Positions 1 through 11,635 of a stretch of 58,364 nt of DNA are shown piece after piece. Under the pieces are notes generated by a model. The model was not told where the DNA came from, did not search any database, and was given only the letters and a program-made list of their open reading frames with translations. This DNA comes from Trichinella spiralis (lineage: Eukaryota), in the NCBI RefSeq assembly GCF_000181795.1, contig NW_003526943.1, forward strand, positions 3,625,150-3,683,513. The letters run 5' to 3'. Position 1 is the stretch's first letter, and every line of letters begins with the position of its first letter. The position numbers and the translations under genes were made by a program.

Positions 1-3000
1 GTTTGTCTGTGTATGCTTGAATGTTGTTGTTGTTGTTGTGTTAGACTGCTTTTTTTTCTCTTTCCCTTCGGCATCATCACAACAAGTTTGTATTGATTTT
101 ATTATAGAAGAACCAATTTTCTAACCGACGTAAGAGCAATAGAACATGAGATGATTGCTGCTGCTGCTGCTGGTTTGTATCATTCATTCAAATGCAGCCG
201 ACAAAAAACCAACTTATCGTACGGCATTATTTTTTGTAAATTTTAATTCTTCACTCACTGATCACACACAGCCTCTTTTGGATGATGAATCAACGATTGA
301 TCATCTCTTTCAATATTGACAACCCTGATGAATCATGCATCCGATTGTATATTGTGTATTGTGATCAGAATTAAAAGCAGACACAAAAGGGTGGTGGTGG
401 GAAAGAGGAAGAAATTTTCATTTGCACTAGCCGTGGGATGACCTTTGTCCAGACCGTAACGACGTTGTTTACCAAGTCGGCAGGTTCTCGATTGATCGTT
501 AGCCGTGGCGCCTAGAATGCGGATAATGCTTTAGTTGGGGCAGAGATTGTGTGGAAAAGGTTTCGATTTGCTGTTGTTCACTGGCAAAAAGGCCAAAGAA
601 AATCGAAACTGCCCCTCCTTGCTCCGGGTCTTCAAACCTTCAGCTGGAAATTGATTTTCCCCCCCTCGTCTCCCCTCCCCCTCACTTTTACCAATATTGC
701 TTGCTGAACTGTCACTGCGGAAGCGAATCGTCATCACTGAAACAGAAACATTATTCAATGTTGTTACTGAACCGAACAAAATTAGCTGTTCATTTTGCAA
801 TCAAAAAACAACAACAACAGCAAAACTATTAAAATGCAAATACATGCACGTATAATATATATGTATATATATATATGCATGCAATTGCACCGAACAATTT
901 TGATCAAAGCATTCAAAATTGACAAGCTATTCATTGGTATTGTTGCTTTTGATTGCTGCGTGAAAAACACTTTCAACACTCATTGTATAGGAAATGATTA
1001 ATAATTTTTAGGACATGTTGAAGGTCGTCATATCGTTTGAAACTAGAATTTGAAGAAAGCCTTTTTCAACTCTACCATATACCTGCATCTATAGATAGAT
1101 ATATTCATATTATAACATGTGATGACGAACGTTGTTAACCCAGTTAGCAATTTTATACAATTTTTATTTATAACTTGACTTTACGAGTAGAAAAAGAGAA
1201 ATAGCAAAAGATGCACTTCTCTCTCTCTCTCTTTCCACGTGGATGGATACTTTAAAATTTTTTTTCATTTCAACATTTCGTTATCTGAAATTTGCAATCA
1301 AATCGTGCAAAACTTGCGAACAACACTTGCAAAATGAGGAAAAATTCATTCTTAGCGGTGGGATCTCGTGATTTAGATGTTCAGATTTAGAAAAATCGAC
1401 AATATTTTTCCCACTTCTATCAAATTCACTCAGCTCTGATCAATTCCAATGATGACGATGATTCATTCATTCATTTGTTGAAAATAACACGACAAACAGT
1501 TTTGAATGCTTTTTTGAAATTATTTTACTTGTTTTGTTGCTCGCTGTCAGACAGCGGTTAGTATAATTTTTTTTTAATATAAATTTAATTCATCATCATC
1601 ATCATTAAAACTAGTTTTGATTTATTTGATTTCACAAAAAAAATTTTTTTTTTTCAATATTCATTGAGTTTAGTTGGTCAACTGAAAATTCTCTTTTTTT
1701 TTTCAAAAATTCTACACTTACTGATCCAGAAGATTAATTCGATGATAATTTAAAAAATTGAAAAGTATAAAATGAGTAAAGCAGCTTGTTTGTTTGTTGA
1801 AATTTGTTCCACTGTTTAATGTGCTTTTCTCAGCTTATAATTGTGTGAATTCAAAAAAGAAAATTATTCTTCTTCTGGTTGATCAGTGATTTTCAATCCG
1901 CTTCCCTCAGGGCTTTGTTACATTAGTTCAATATGACGATCTGCATATAGAATTTGTCCAATTTCCCACGAGTTGAAGAAATCTAATCAAAATAAATAAA
2001 TAAATAAATAAACATCCGAATAATATGCAGTTGTTGTTTCAGTTTTTATTCTATCATTATCCGAGTAATCAGTGGGAAGGTTAGAAGAGCTTAATATGCA
2101 AGTTTTAAAGTTGAAAATAGAAAATGTTCAAATTCAATATTCACATCAACGACAAAACTGCCTGCTAATTGGATTATATTCTCCAGTGTTTTCCAATGAG
2201 CAGAGAAACAAAAGCTAAACAACGAGAGAAATGATGAAAGAAAAATAAAATAAAATAGCATATTTCAATGCTTATTAAAAACATATATATAGTTAATACT
2301 TCAGAATATTCTTATTTCATTTCCACGTGCATGTAGTAAAATGGTGATTAAATTAGAGAAAAAATTATTCATTACAAGTAAATTTTCTATGGAAAAATTG
2401 TATTTCAATTTCAACTACATTCTAACATCTTATAATATTAAAAGTAATTTATTTTTATAAATGTCCATTATTCAACTTTCACAATCATTTGCATGCAATT
2501 GGACCCATTGGATAACAAGATCATGAAATTATATCGATTTATGCACTCGAATTAATAAGTATTAAAACAAAACAAACACTCTGCTTCATAATTTAATTAT
2601 GGATTTCATTGTGTGGAAATTTTTGATCAATTGTTTTGTTGATCAATTTTTCATTTTATCATTAAACTTCAAATGTGGTCGTTTGGCAATTTATTTAAGT
2701 GAACAGACCATACTGTTGGGTGTTTTTCTTTTCAGATGATACAGAAAAAAAAGAAACAAAGCAATCTATTACATATCAGACGATAATTAAATGAATAAAC
2801 GCATTTGGTGACTTTGGCTGCTAAGCAACGATTTCAAAAAGATTGCAATATTCATTAAACTAATTTGATATAAATCAAATCATTTCTCTAATCACAAATC
2901 AGTTTTTTAAATAATGAAAAATTTTAATTTAATACTGTTTTCAAAGTTGTTCATTTCCAAATTACAGCATCCAGGTAATGAATATGTCAGCAGTAAAATG

Positions 3001-4057
3001 AAATGAAATGAAAATTTTCCATTGTTTCCTTTAATCTAATCTAAATATTACAAACAGTTTCATAATGAAAAAAGAAAATACGCCTTAAACATTTTTATTT
3101 AAATACCACAAGTAAATTTGATGATAATTTATATTGATTCTACTGCAGCTTGCAATGTGAACATCACAACTTCGAGATGCTCATCGAAATAATTGTCATT
3201 TCAAATAATTCTCAATAAAGTATAAATAAATAAATAAATGACTGTGCAAAATTTATAAATATAAAAAATTTATAATTTCGAATTTTTGAAAACTTGTACT
3301 TTTTTTACTGGTGGATATGATTATTGTTGTTTTATGTTTCAAAGAGCAATAAAGATATAGTGAATTCGAGTGGTATGTAGTAAAAAGGGTTTGTTAAGGG
3401 AAAATTCGATCGACACTTTCCGATATGCCATTCTGCTCACTTTTGCAAATTATTAGCGACGATAAATCAAGCAGGCGGCGTTGACAAGCCATTGACTAAA
3501 CATAAAAATAACACAATCAATATTTCTTTTCATCCTTTTTCCTATAAATAATATGAACTGATTTTCAAATGTTGCAAATGCATTGAAACACTTTCAGTTA
3601 TTTAATTAAAATACAGAATAGAATATAACTTGCTTTTTTTTATATTAAAATATTCATATGATTACATTGCAGACTCAATTTTTACCAAGTAGTAAAATTA
3701 CATTATTCATAAACTGCAACACTAGAAGCCATTTGTTTTGAAACCATGCAGGATATTCTTTAAAAAAATTCAGTCGCAATCTTCAAATTAAAAACATTTC
3801 AGCAGCCATACGTCTTCATATTATAAATGAAATCTCAAATTCCAAAAATTTTACTGCTTTCGCTTCCTACATTTTAAAGCTAACAGTAATAATATATCAG
3901 TTCTGCGAGATCTGATTGCAAATTAAATGAAATATTTAGTTCATATCAACCGTACGCATAAAATTAGTTAATGAACAAAGCAACATTCGATATAAGTGTT
4001 ATTTATTCAGCCAATTTACACAACCTTTTTTACAACAGTCTTCGTAATTATCCATTT

Positions 4058-4593
4058 TTATGAATCTGAGATATTTCTCTTTTCAGGAAGTTTCAAACCA
4101 ACTTTTGCAGCTGCTTCTTCCGTCGTTATACCAGTTTTATGATAATATTTATCTTCCAGCTGCTGTAAAATCAAGTATCAATTAACGCAATTTTCAAAAA
4201 AAGCATCATTTTCTTTCAGATATTCTCCCAAGCAAACCTTTAACATTCTCGTACTTTGCAAATAAATCAAATATGTATCAGCAAGGCTTTTCAATTGTTT
4301 TGCATTTTCACAAACCTCACGCTCAGCACCTTGGTGCTTTCTATATTGTTTCATCAAATACTGAAATGCTGCAGTTTGTCGAATAGGTTCCTATTAATCA
4401 AAATAAAGCTAGTTATTATTTATGAATAAAACTGCCCAGACATCAAACATAAAAGATCTTAAATAAATTAAAATTGCATTAGAATTTTAAAATGATGCTT
4501 GAAACTTTGTAAATATACAAAATGCTTGAATGATGACTATCATACTTTTAATATTTTTCGCCATTCAAACACTATACCGCGAAGAGTTTGCAT
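4058..4593 (-). CDS. FMC1: FMC1 homolog (LYR-family mitochondrial ATP synthase assembly factor), 3 exons
   Basis: Not in the ORF track. Manual splice of exons 4593-4546, 4390-4238 and 4162-4058 (GT-AG, phase 0) gives MQTLRGIVFEWRKILK|EPIRQTAAFQYLMKQYRKHQ...LADTYLIYLQSTRMLK|QLEDKYYHKTGITTEEAAAKVGLKLPEKRNISDS*. This matches FMC1/C7orf55 motifs (TAAY.YL...R.H; ATYL..L.S.R; EE.A..VGLKLP). The true start may lie further upstream. Confidence 0.85.
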
Positions 4594-5866
4594 GCAAATC
4601 GGTTGTATTCGTATGCATGCAAATATTTCAATTTCCTCTAATCTTACAGTAACTATTTAACAATCAAGTACAATAAAATACATTTAAAAATGATTTTAAC
4701 AATTAAGCATTGCTTGAAACTGTTATAATTTGTTTAATTCACTTTTCACTTCTGTGGGCTGCCCAACATCTGATAGTCAAGCCTGATAGCTCAACAGATC
4801 TTGGAATCAAAAAACTAACATTCCTCTAGGTTGTAAAGAAAATGTTGCTACTGCACTCAAAGTTGCAGATAATGCTAAATTGATACACTATTCAATTTCA
4901 TAATAAAAGAAACAATTTTAAAGTCTCAGTGTGCATTATTTATTTCAAAAAATGTTTATTCTGATGTTTTCATCGTAACTTTCGATTTTTGGCAATAATA
5001 AACTACTGTGCATAAATCTTGATCGGCGTAGCAAGTTCAGCTACTAGTAATTCACTTTAATTCATCGAGGAGCATTTTTACATAAACATTGGAAGCAATA
5101 TTAAACAAAATTGGACTTTTTTTGCTGTATATCTTCGAACTGATTAAATTCCAAAATGAAAAGCATTTTGCGCTTATCAGTAAAATAATTCTGATAAATC
5201 TAACCAACGAGCAGATGAAAATTTTTAAAACAGCGTTAAAACATAAATAAAGGATAGATTTTTAAATTCTTTGAAGAGTTAAGCTATTTTTAACTTTTAA
5301 GAGTGAAATATTTTTGAAGCTAGTCATTCATTATTGGTTATACGAATGAAATTGAAAATTTAATTAATTGGTTAAATGATGCTGTTTCTAATACAGAGTT
5401 CCAATTGGAAATATGTTCAGCGCTAATTTGCTTAAGTTAATTATTTCGTTTTTTTTATGTAACAATCGCAATAAATTTAATATAGATTTTTTCAATGGAA
5501 CTTAATAATTCAATAGCAGTGTTCTATAGAACAGTTTAAATTAGATTGATTTAGCTTTCTACTTTACCCACCAATTGCAGATATTTAAACTTTTGTTTAT
5601 AATGCTTTTAATCTGATGAAGTGAGTAGAAGATAATTCAAAACTGCATTATAGGAAGGAAAAAATTTTCTAATTATTATAAATTTTGCTTGTTCATTCTT
5701 TATAAAAATTTTAATGTTAATTATCTTCTTAATAAGCATGCATCTTATTGCTGAAATATAAAATCATTCAATCAGCATTTAAAACTGTTGCAATTTATTA
5801 AAGAATATCAAATAATACAATTATGTTTTTCAAATTATTAGTTGTCTGAAATCAAATAAGATAAAG

Positions 5867-8699
5867 CAGTGTTTCTCAACCAGGGGGGCGCGCCCCCCTA
5901 GGGGGGCGTAGGAAGGTTCCAGGGGGGGCGTGAGAAGTAAGAATTTTTAGTCCTGCAGAGGTGTTTGAAATTCAGCTTGGTCTACTTCAGCTAAATTTTA
6001 ACCGCCTATTTTTTCTGGTCATCTTAGTTTTAGCTTAACCGCGTCAGCTGTGCGCAATTTATAATTTCCCTTTGCACTAAAATCGCCTTTCGAAATTCAC
6101 CTGATGTGACGAGAGACGTGAATAATTTTTGAAAGAGGCATATACACGATATTTATCAAACTGATAGAACAAAGCCGTATTTTGTCTAATGGTGGAAACA
6201 AGCAATGCGGTAAAAATTTCGCCTGAAGTCGACCATCACACTTTATTTTCTCATTCTTTCCTTCATTCGACATCGCGGCAACACCAACTTTTGTCTCGTG
6301 TGTGCATATATTTGCTGTTTATTTGTTTCAGTTTTCAAGAGATTTTGTAATATCAGTTGATTTCAGATTGTCTGAAATCACATCAATTCAGGTTTGGTTT
6401 TTTCCGCTCCTTTTATTCTTATCAGTAATTAAATCTCCCACTATGATTATGGTTTTTAGCTTGGCTACTCATAATCGTGAACACAACGGTTTTATTACAT
6501 TTCGCACCACGGTTGTTGCTTATAGAGTTTGTTATTATTTCCAATAGGCAAGTTATTTATTAGCGTACTGCTATGTACCACGAAGACATCCAGTTGGTAA
6601 ACGAGCTGCGAAAACTAGTTAGATCGGATTATCCATACGACAGGCTGGAAAAGGAGGAAGTTAGTTAGTTAGCGTCTGTGTATATTCACATCATCAATAA
6701 AGTTATATTGGACGTTGGCGTGAAATACAATACGTACAATGGTGTCGAAAAAACGCAAATATGATGCAGAGTACATCAAATACGGCTTCGTGGCTATTGA
6801 AAAAAACGGCGTTGAAGTGCCACAATGCGTTGTATGCCTTGATACATTCAGCAATGATGCTTTACGGCCAACCCGACTGCAGCGGCATTTGCATCACCGC
6901 CATCCTGAGTTATCAAAAAAACCTGTGGAATACTTTTGCGCTGAAAGAGATTCCCTTTCTCAAATGAGACTTGAGAAAAAAGTCAAGTATAATCAGGAGA
7001 CTGTCAAGGCTGATAAGAGCATCATATGAAATAGCCATGTTGATTGCCAAGAATAAGAAACCACATACTATTGGAGAAAATCTTGTTAAGCCCTGCATTG
7101 TGAATGCAGTAAAGATTCTGCTTGGGGATGACATGGCGAAGCAATTTAAAAGTATTTCTCTTTCTGATTCAACAGTTAAACGCCGAATCGATGAATTAGC
7201 TGATGATATAAAACAGCAAGTTCTTGAAAAGGTAAAGTGTTCTCCTTTTTTTCCTATAAGTTGTGATGAGCCACAGACCAGGCAAACTGTGCACAGCTCA
7301 TTGTATACGCACGGTTCATTGCAAATAACACAATTGAAGAAGAACTACTTTTTTCTGAACCACTGAAAACTACAACGAAACGAGCTGATGTGTTCCAAGC
7401 CGTGTCACAATTTTTTGAAGTAAATGGCTTGATGTGGGAAAAACTTGTTGGTGTATGCACTGACGGTGCACCCGCAATGCTTGGCTCTCGGTCTGGCTTT
7501 GTGAAGATGGTCAAATCAAAAAACCCATCTATTTTTGCAATGCACTGTGTAATTCATCGGCAGGCTTTGGTCGCTAAAACTTTGCCTGATGATCTCAGAG
7601 AAGACCTTAATTTTGCCGCGGAGGTTGTCAACTATGTGAAAAGCAGTGCATTGAACACTCGATTATTTGCGTCACTCTGTGAAAGTTTGAATGCTGACCA
7701 CATGGCACTTCTCTATCATACAGAAGTTCGTTGGTTATCAAAAGGAAACATGCTTGGTCGGATTTATGAACTGAGAGAAGCAGTGGCAGAGTTTTTGGAG
7801 CAACGAGGAAGACGCACAATGTGTCGAGCTTTCAAAAGTGAACATTTTCAGCTTAGCCTGGCATATCTTGCAGATATTTTTGAAGCACTGAATTTACTGG
7901 ATTTGAAACTGCAAGGAGCAAACGCGAATGTTATGGCTCACTATGACATTGTTCAAAGCTTCATTGCAAAAATTTCCTTATGGTTAAAACAAGTTGAAAG
8001 AGGAAATTTGACATGGTTTTCAAGACTCAACGAGCTTTTCAGTGATAAATGTATCAGCGAAGATTTGAAAAGAAAAATAAAAGGGCACCTTAGAAGCCTA
8101 CAAGATGAGTTTTTTTACTATTTTCCTGACGTAGAACCTGAAAACCTGATATATAAACTTGTGAGGAATCCATTTTTAGTTAATGTCGAAGACCTTCCAC
8201 ACGATCTTCAAGAAGAAGCCATTGAACTGCAATTCAACAGCTTAGCTAAAGATAGCTTTGAAAGTATGCCATTAGAAAACTTCTGAGTGAAGTTACAAGC
8301 AGAATATCCTAAATAAGTTCACAAAGCTTACGTATATTGATTCCTTTTTCCTCAACGTACCTTTGTGAAACGGGATTCTCAGCTCTCATGACGCTTAATA
8401 CGCAACATCGAAACAGGCTAAACGTTGAGAGCGACCTGCGATGTACCTTATCACCCACTCCACCAAGAATAGACAACTTAGTCGCAAATAAGCATTGTCA
8501 ATATTCTCATTAAATTTTTATTGTGAATCATTCAGGAATGTTTTACTGTGGAAACTAGCTTGGCTTGATGCAACCATGAAGCAAAATGTTGCTTTGCGTA
8601 CACTGAATACATACCGTACTACTTTTTATTAGAGAGGGGGCATTAACTGCCGAACTTTTATTAAGGGGGGCGTGCGCTGACACAGGTTGAGAAACACTG
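5867..8699 (+). mobile_element. hAT-superfamily DNA transposon, Buster/Charlie type, full length (2833 bp)
   Basis: Perfect 15-bp TIRs: CAGTGTTTCTCAACC (5867-5881) and GGTTGAGAAACACTG (8685-8699). Perfect 8-bp TSD AGATAAAG (5859-5866, 8700-8707) with the Buster NNNTANNN pattern. Subterminal GGGGGGCG motifs at both ends and an internal transposase. Confidence 0.97.
6739..8513 (+). pseudogene. Disrupted hAT transposase (ZBED8/SCAND3/Buster-like)
   Basis: BED finger (PQCVVC...RHLHHRH), KKPHTIGE, SLSDSTVKRRI, CDE, CTDGA, HCVIH, TEVRWLSKG, and C-terminal YLCETGFS...RNRLNVESDLR...QYSH* ending 8513. Broken by frameshifts near 7012, 7270 and 8313 and a TGA at 8284-8286 where W is expected. Confidence 0.93.
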
Positions 8700-9328
8700 A
8701 GATAAAGAGTATCTTACAAAACTAAACAAAAGTAACACAGCAAAACAAAAAGTGATGATTTAACAGCAGCACTGCTAGTATTTAAAAAAATGCCTCACAA
8801 TTAATTAATATTAAAAAGTTCGTAAATCCAATGCAACCACAGGTGAATAAAAGTTTGAGAAGCTTTGAATGTTAAGTTATTTGTTTGAAAGTATCAAATT
8901 TTGCGAAAAATTGCAATATGACAATTGAATACTAAAAAATCGTTTTAATTGCGAGCAAATTCTAATTATTCACTTCATTACTCAGAAAGTCTGATGTAAT
9001 GATGATAATAATTTTTGAAAAATTGAAATTTCAAGTAGACATTATTTTAAAATTCTATATACATTAATTTCACATTTCAGTTTAATGTATTCAAATACAT
9101 ATTGTTAAAATAATATCAAACAATGTTTTTTGATTAAATTTATTTAAATAAGTAGAATTTATTGGTGGTTTTACTATTTGAAATAAGTGTATGTATAATA
9201 AATAATCTTACTTATTTTTATACTGTAATTTTGAATGAGTTGCTGTCCGAAATAAATAAGAAAAATCTTATTGAAAGAAGTATGATATGATTACATAATA
9301 AATTTTCCACATAGAAAAAAATTGAACA

Positions 9329-11170
9329 ATGAATTGTATTATAGCTTCCGGCAACTTAAAAGGTTCTCTTTAGATTGTAATGTTATTTTTTAAAATCGTT
9401 AACTTTTAGTATTTTCTCGGGCTTTACAAGCGTTGTCTAAGCTGCCAGGAGAAGACCTTTATCTTGAAGCAAAACCAGAAGGTGTAAGTATTATTTTAGT
9501 CTTTTTTCTTTTTGTTCCAAATATTTCCAATACTTTCTTGTTTTTTTCAAGCAGATTAGTTCTATATTATGCAGAATTTTTTTGCATTACCAAAAATTAT
9601 ATAAATGGTGTGATTTAGTTATTTTTAAAGACAGTAAACGCATCACGTTCCGGCTATGCCTGTTTTCAATTTTCACCAAAATTTTTCATCTCTTTCGTTC
9701 GGGGTGTAGATACTCCAATTTCGGATTCTTCTCTGAATCGTCGAGTTGCTTTTATTGATCATACGTCGGAAAATTATTGCAAAATTTCAATGAAGGTGAA
9801 AGGTTATATTTAATTGCTTGAAGTGAAAACGAACAAACTGATGCTTATGTAGTCTGCTGTTCTCACGCTGAGAGCATTGACAAACGCTGAAACGTGTGAA
9901 ATCAAAATTGCTTTTGCGGAATCTGCTTTAAAAATTACACTCCACTTCAAGTATGGTAAGTATAATGTGAAATTGTTGTTTTTGTGTATTTTGTTTTTTG
10001 CGAACTTGACATTTCAAGGCATTATACGGAAATACAGCTTATCGTTAATTGAATGCGAAGCTATGCAGTCACTTTTTGATCGCAATACATGTAAAAACAA
10101 AGTGGTGGCTCCGTGTCAAACTCTTCTTGAGGCAGTGCATCGAAGTTTTCAATTAAATCAAGAAGAGGTGACATTATCGGTCAACGATCAGGAAATGATG
10201 TTCCGAAATTTTGTAGAAGATGAACCTGGTTCTTTTAATTTCATTTTTATCATTTATTGTCATAATTTATGTGCTTTGTATTTTCTAGACCCGGACAAAG
10301 TTCCGAAAACTGAATTACGTTTAAATGTTGCTGAATTTTTGACTTTTGATGTGCATATGAAATCAGAGCTTACTTTTACTTTGAAAGAATTTAGAGTACT
10401 TAATTTTTAGAAATTATCCAAATGCACTGTTTCTGCATAGATTACACTTCATATGTTTAGGCATTGCTTCATTTTGTGGAATATTTTCACGTGCCGATAG
10501 TGTTTCTGTTCAGCGAACCTGGAAAGTAAGTTTTTTGGTTTTCATTCAACGCCAACTTAAAATTCAGCACCTTGCAGACCTATAATATTCCGTTTGGAAA
10601 ATTGTGGCGATTTCAGCGCAGAATACGTTTTGGCTACACTTTCTGTACAGTATAGTTCAATACAGATTACACAGTGCTCAAAGCAGAATAACTCGACGAG
10701 TATTTCTGAAAATGCATCACAAGAAAAATCAGTTTTAAAGAATTCAATAGAGCCAAAGCCACAGATGGCATCGATGAAAAGTTCATTAGCTGAAATTTCC
10801 ATTTCAAACGATTCTCATTTTAGTAAGAAAAACAACTGTATACTTTTAATGTGATATATATGTATTGTCTTCTTGTAATAATAGTTACAAGTACTCGTAA
10901 ATGTGCTTCCCTCGACACTTCTGCATCTATTCTGCAAGCAGCAGACAAGAGAGAATCTGTGATGGGTAGAACGTTGTTGGAAAATGGTGCTCCTCCAATG
11001 AAAAAGGCAAGTGGCAATATATTTAATTCATTTTTTTCTGCTTAAACATTTGAATATTTTAGCCTAAAGGAAATCTTTTTCTAAACTGGTCTCAAGATTC
11101 GATATTATTCGAGGAATGCGAAGAGCAAGATACGGTTTTGGCACCAGATTCAGATTTGGATGACAAATAA
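9329..11170 (+). CDS. RAD9: Cell-cycle checkpoint protein RAD9 (9-1-1 clamp subunit; hpr-9), ~10 exons
   Basis: Spliced: MNCIIASGNLK|VFSRALQALSKLPGEDLYLEAKPEG|LFLKTVNASRSGYACFQFSPKFF ... LTFTLKEFR|ALLHFVE...FSEPGK|PIIF...AEYVLATL ... PPMKK|PKGNLFL...VLAPDSDLDDK*. These correspond to RAD9A motifs RTVNSSRSAYA, FCLKEFR, FVLATL, PPPKK and VLAEDSE. Confidence 0.93.
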
Positions 11171-11635
11171 TACTGACTGTCATTGAAGCAGCATTTAGAC
11201 TACGTTTTTGACTTACATTTTCTATTTTGGTGAATTGAAAGTTATGAATTATTTTTTCCAAAATTGAAACGTGAACATTTTCTTTTCAATCCGATTTAGA
11301 TATACGAATGTTACAAGTTTATAAATCAATTAAATCATCTTTACATAAATATTCCAAGCAAACTGACGGCTTAGCTTGGTTTACCATCATCTCTCTTAAA
11401 TGTTTATTGTTTCAATTGAAATTCATCATTGAAAATCACTAAAAAGTTATGTAAAATTGTTTTCTAATGTTTATGTAGTTTTGTGTTGTTATGCAAGTCT
11501 CTTGCACGCAATCTTCAAAAATTATAACCCTCCAATTCTAAATGATTAATACTCACTGCTTCAATACAATCTCTAGTACATTTCAATGTTTTTAGTTCAA
11601 AAATAAATTCTCATATTAAACAACAATGGCAAAAA

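Noticed and set aside
126..187. Possible minus-strand first exon MNDTNQQQQQQSSHVLLLLR followed by a GTTAG donor
   Set aside because: Plausible start of a gene leaving the window, but too short and driven by a CAG repeat, so it cannot be supported.
531..1001. Overlapping short ORFs on both strands
   Set aside because: Non-ATG starts or low-complexity composition, no recognisable domains; more likely regulatory or UTR DNA.
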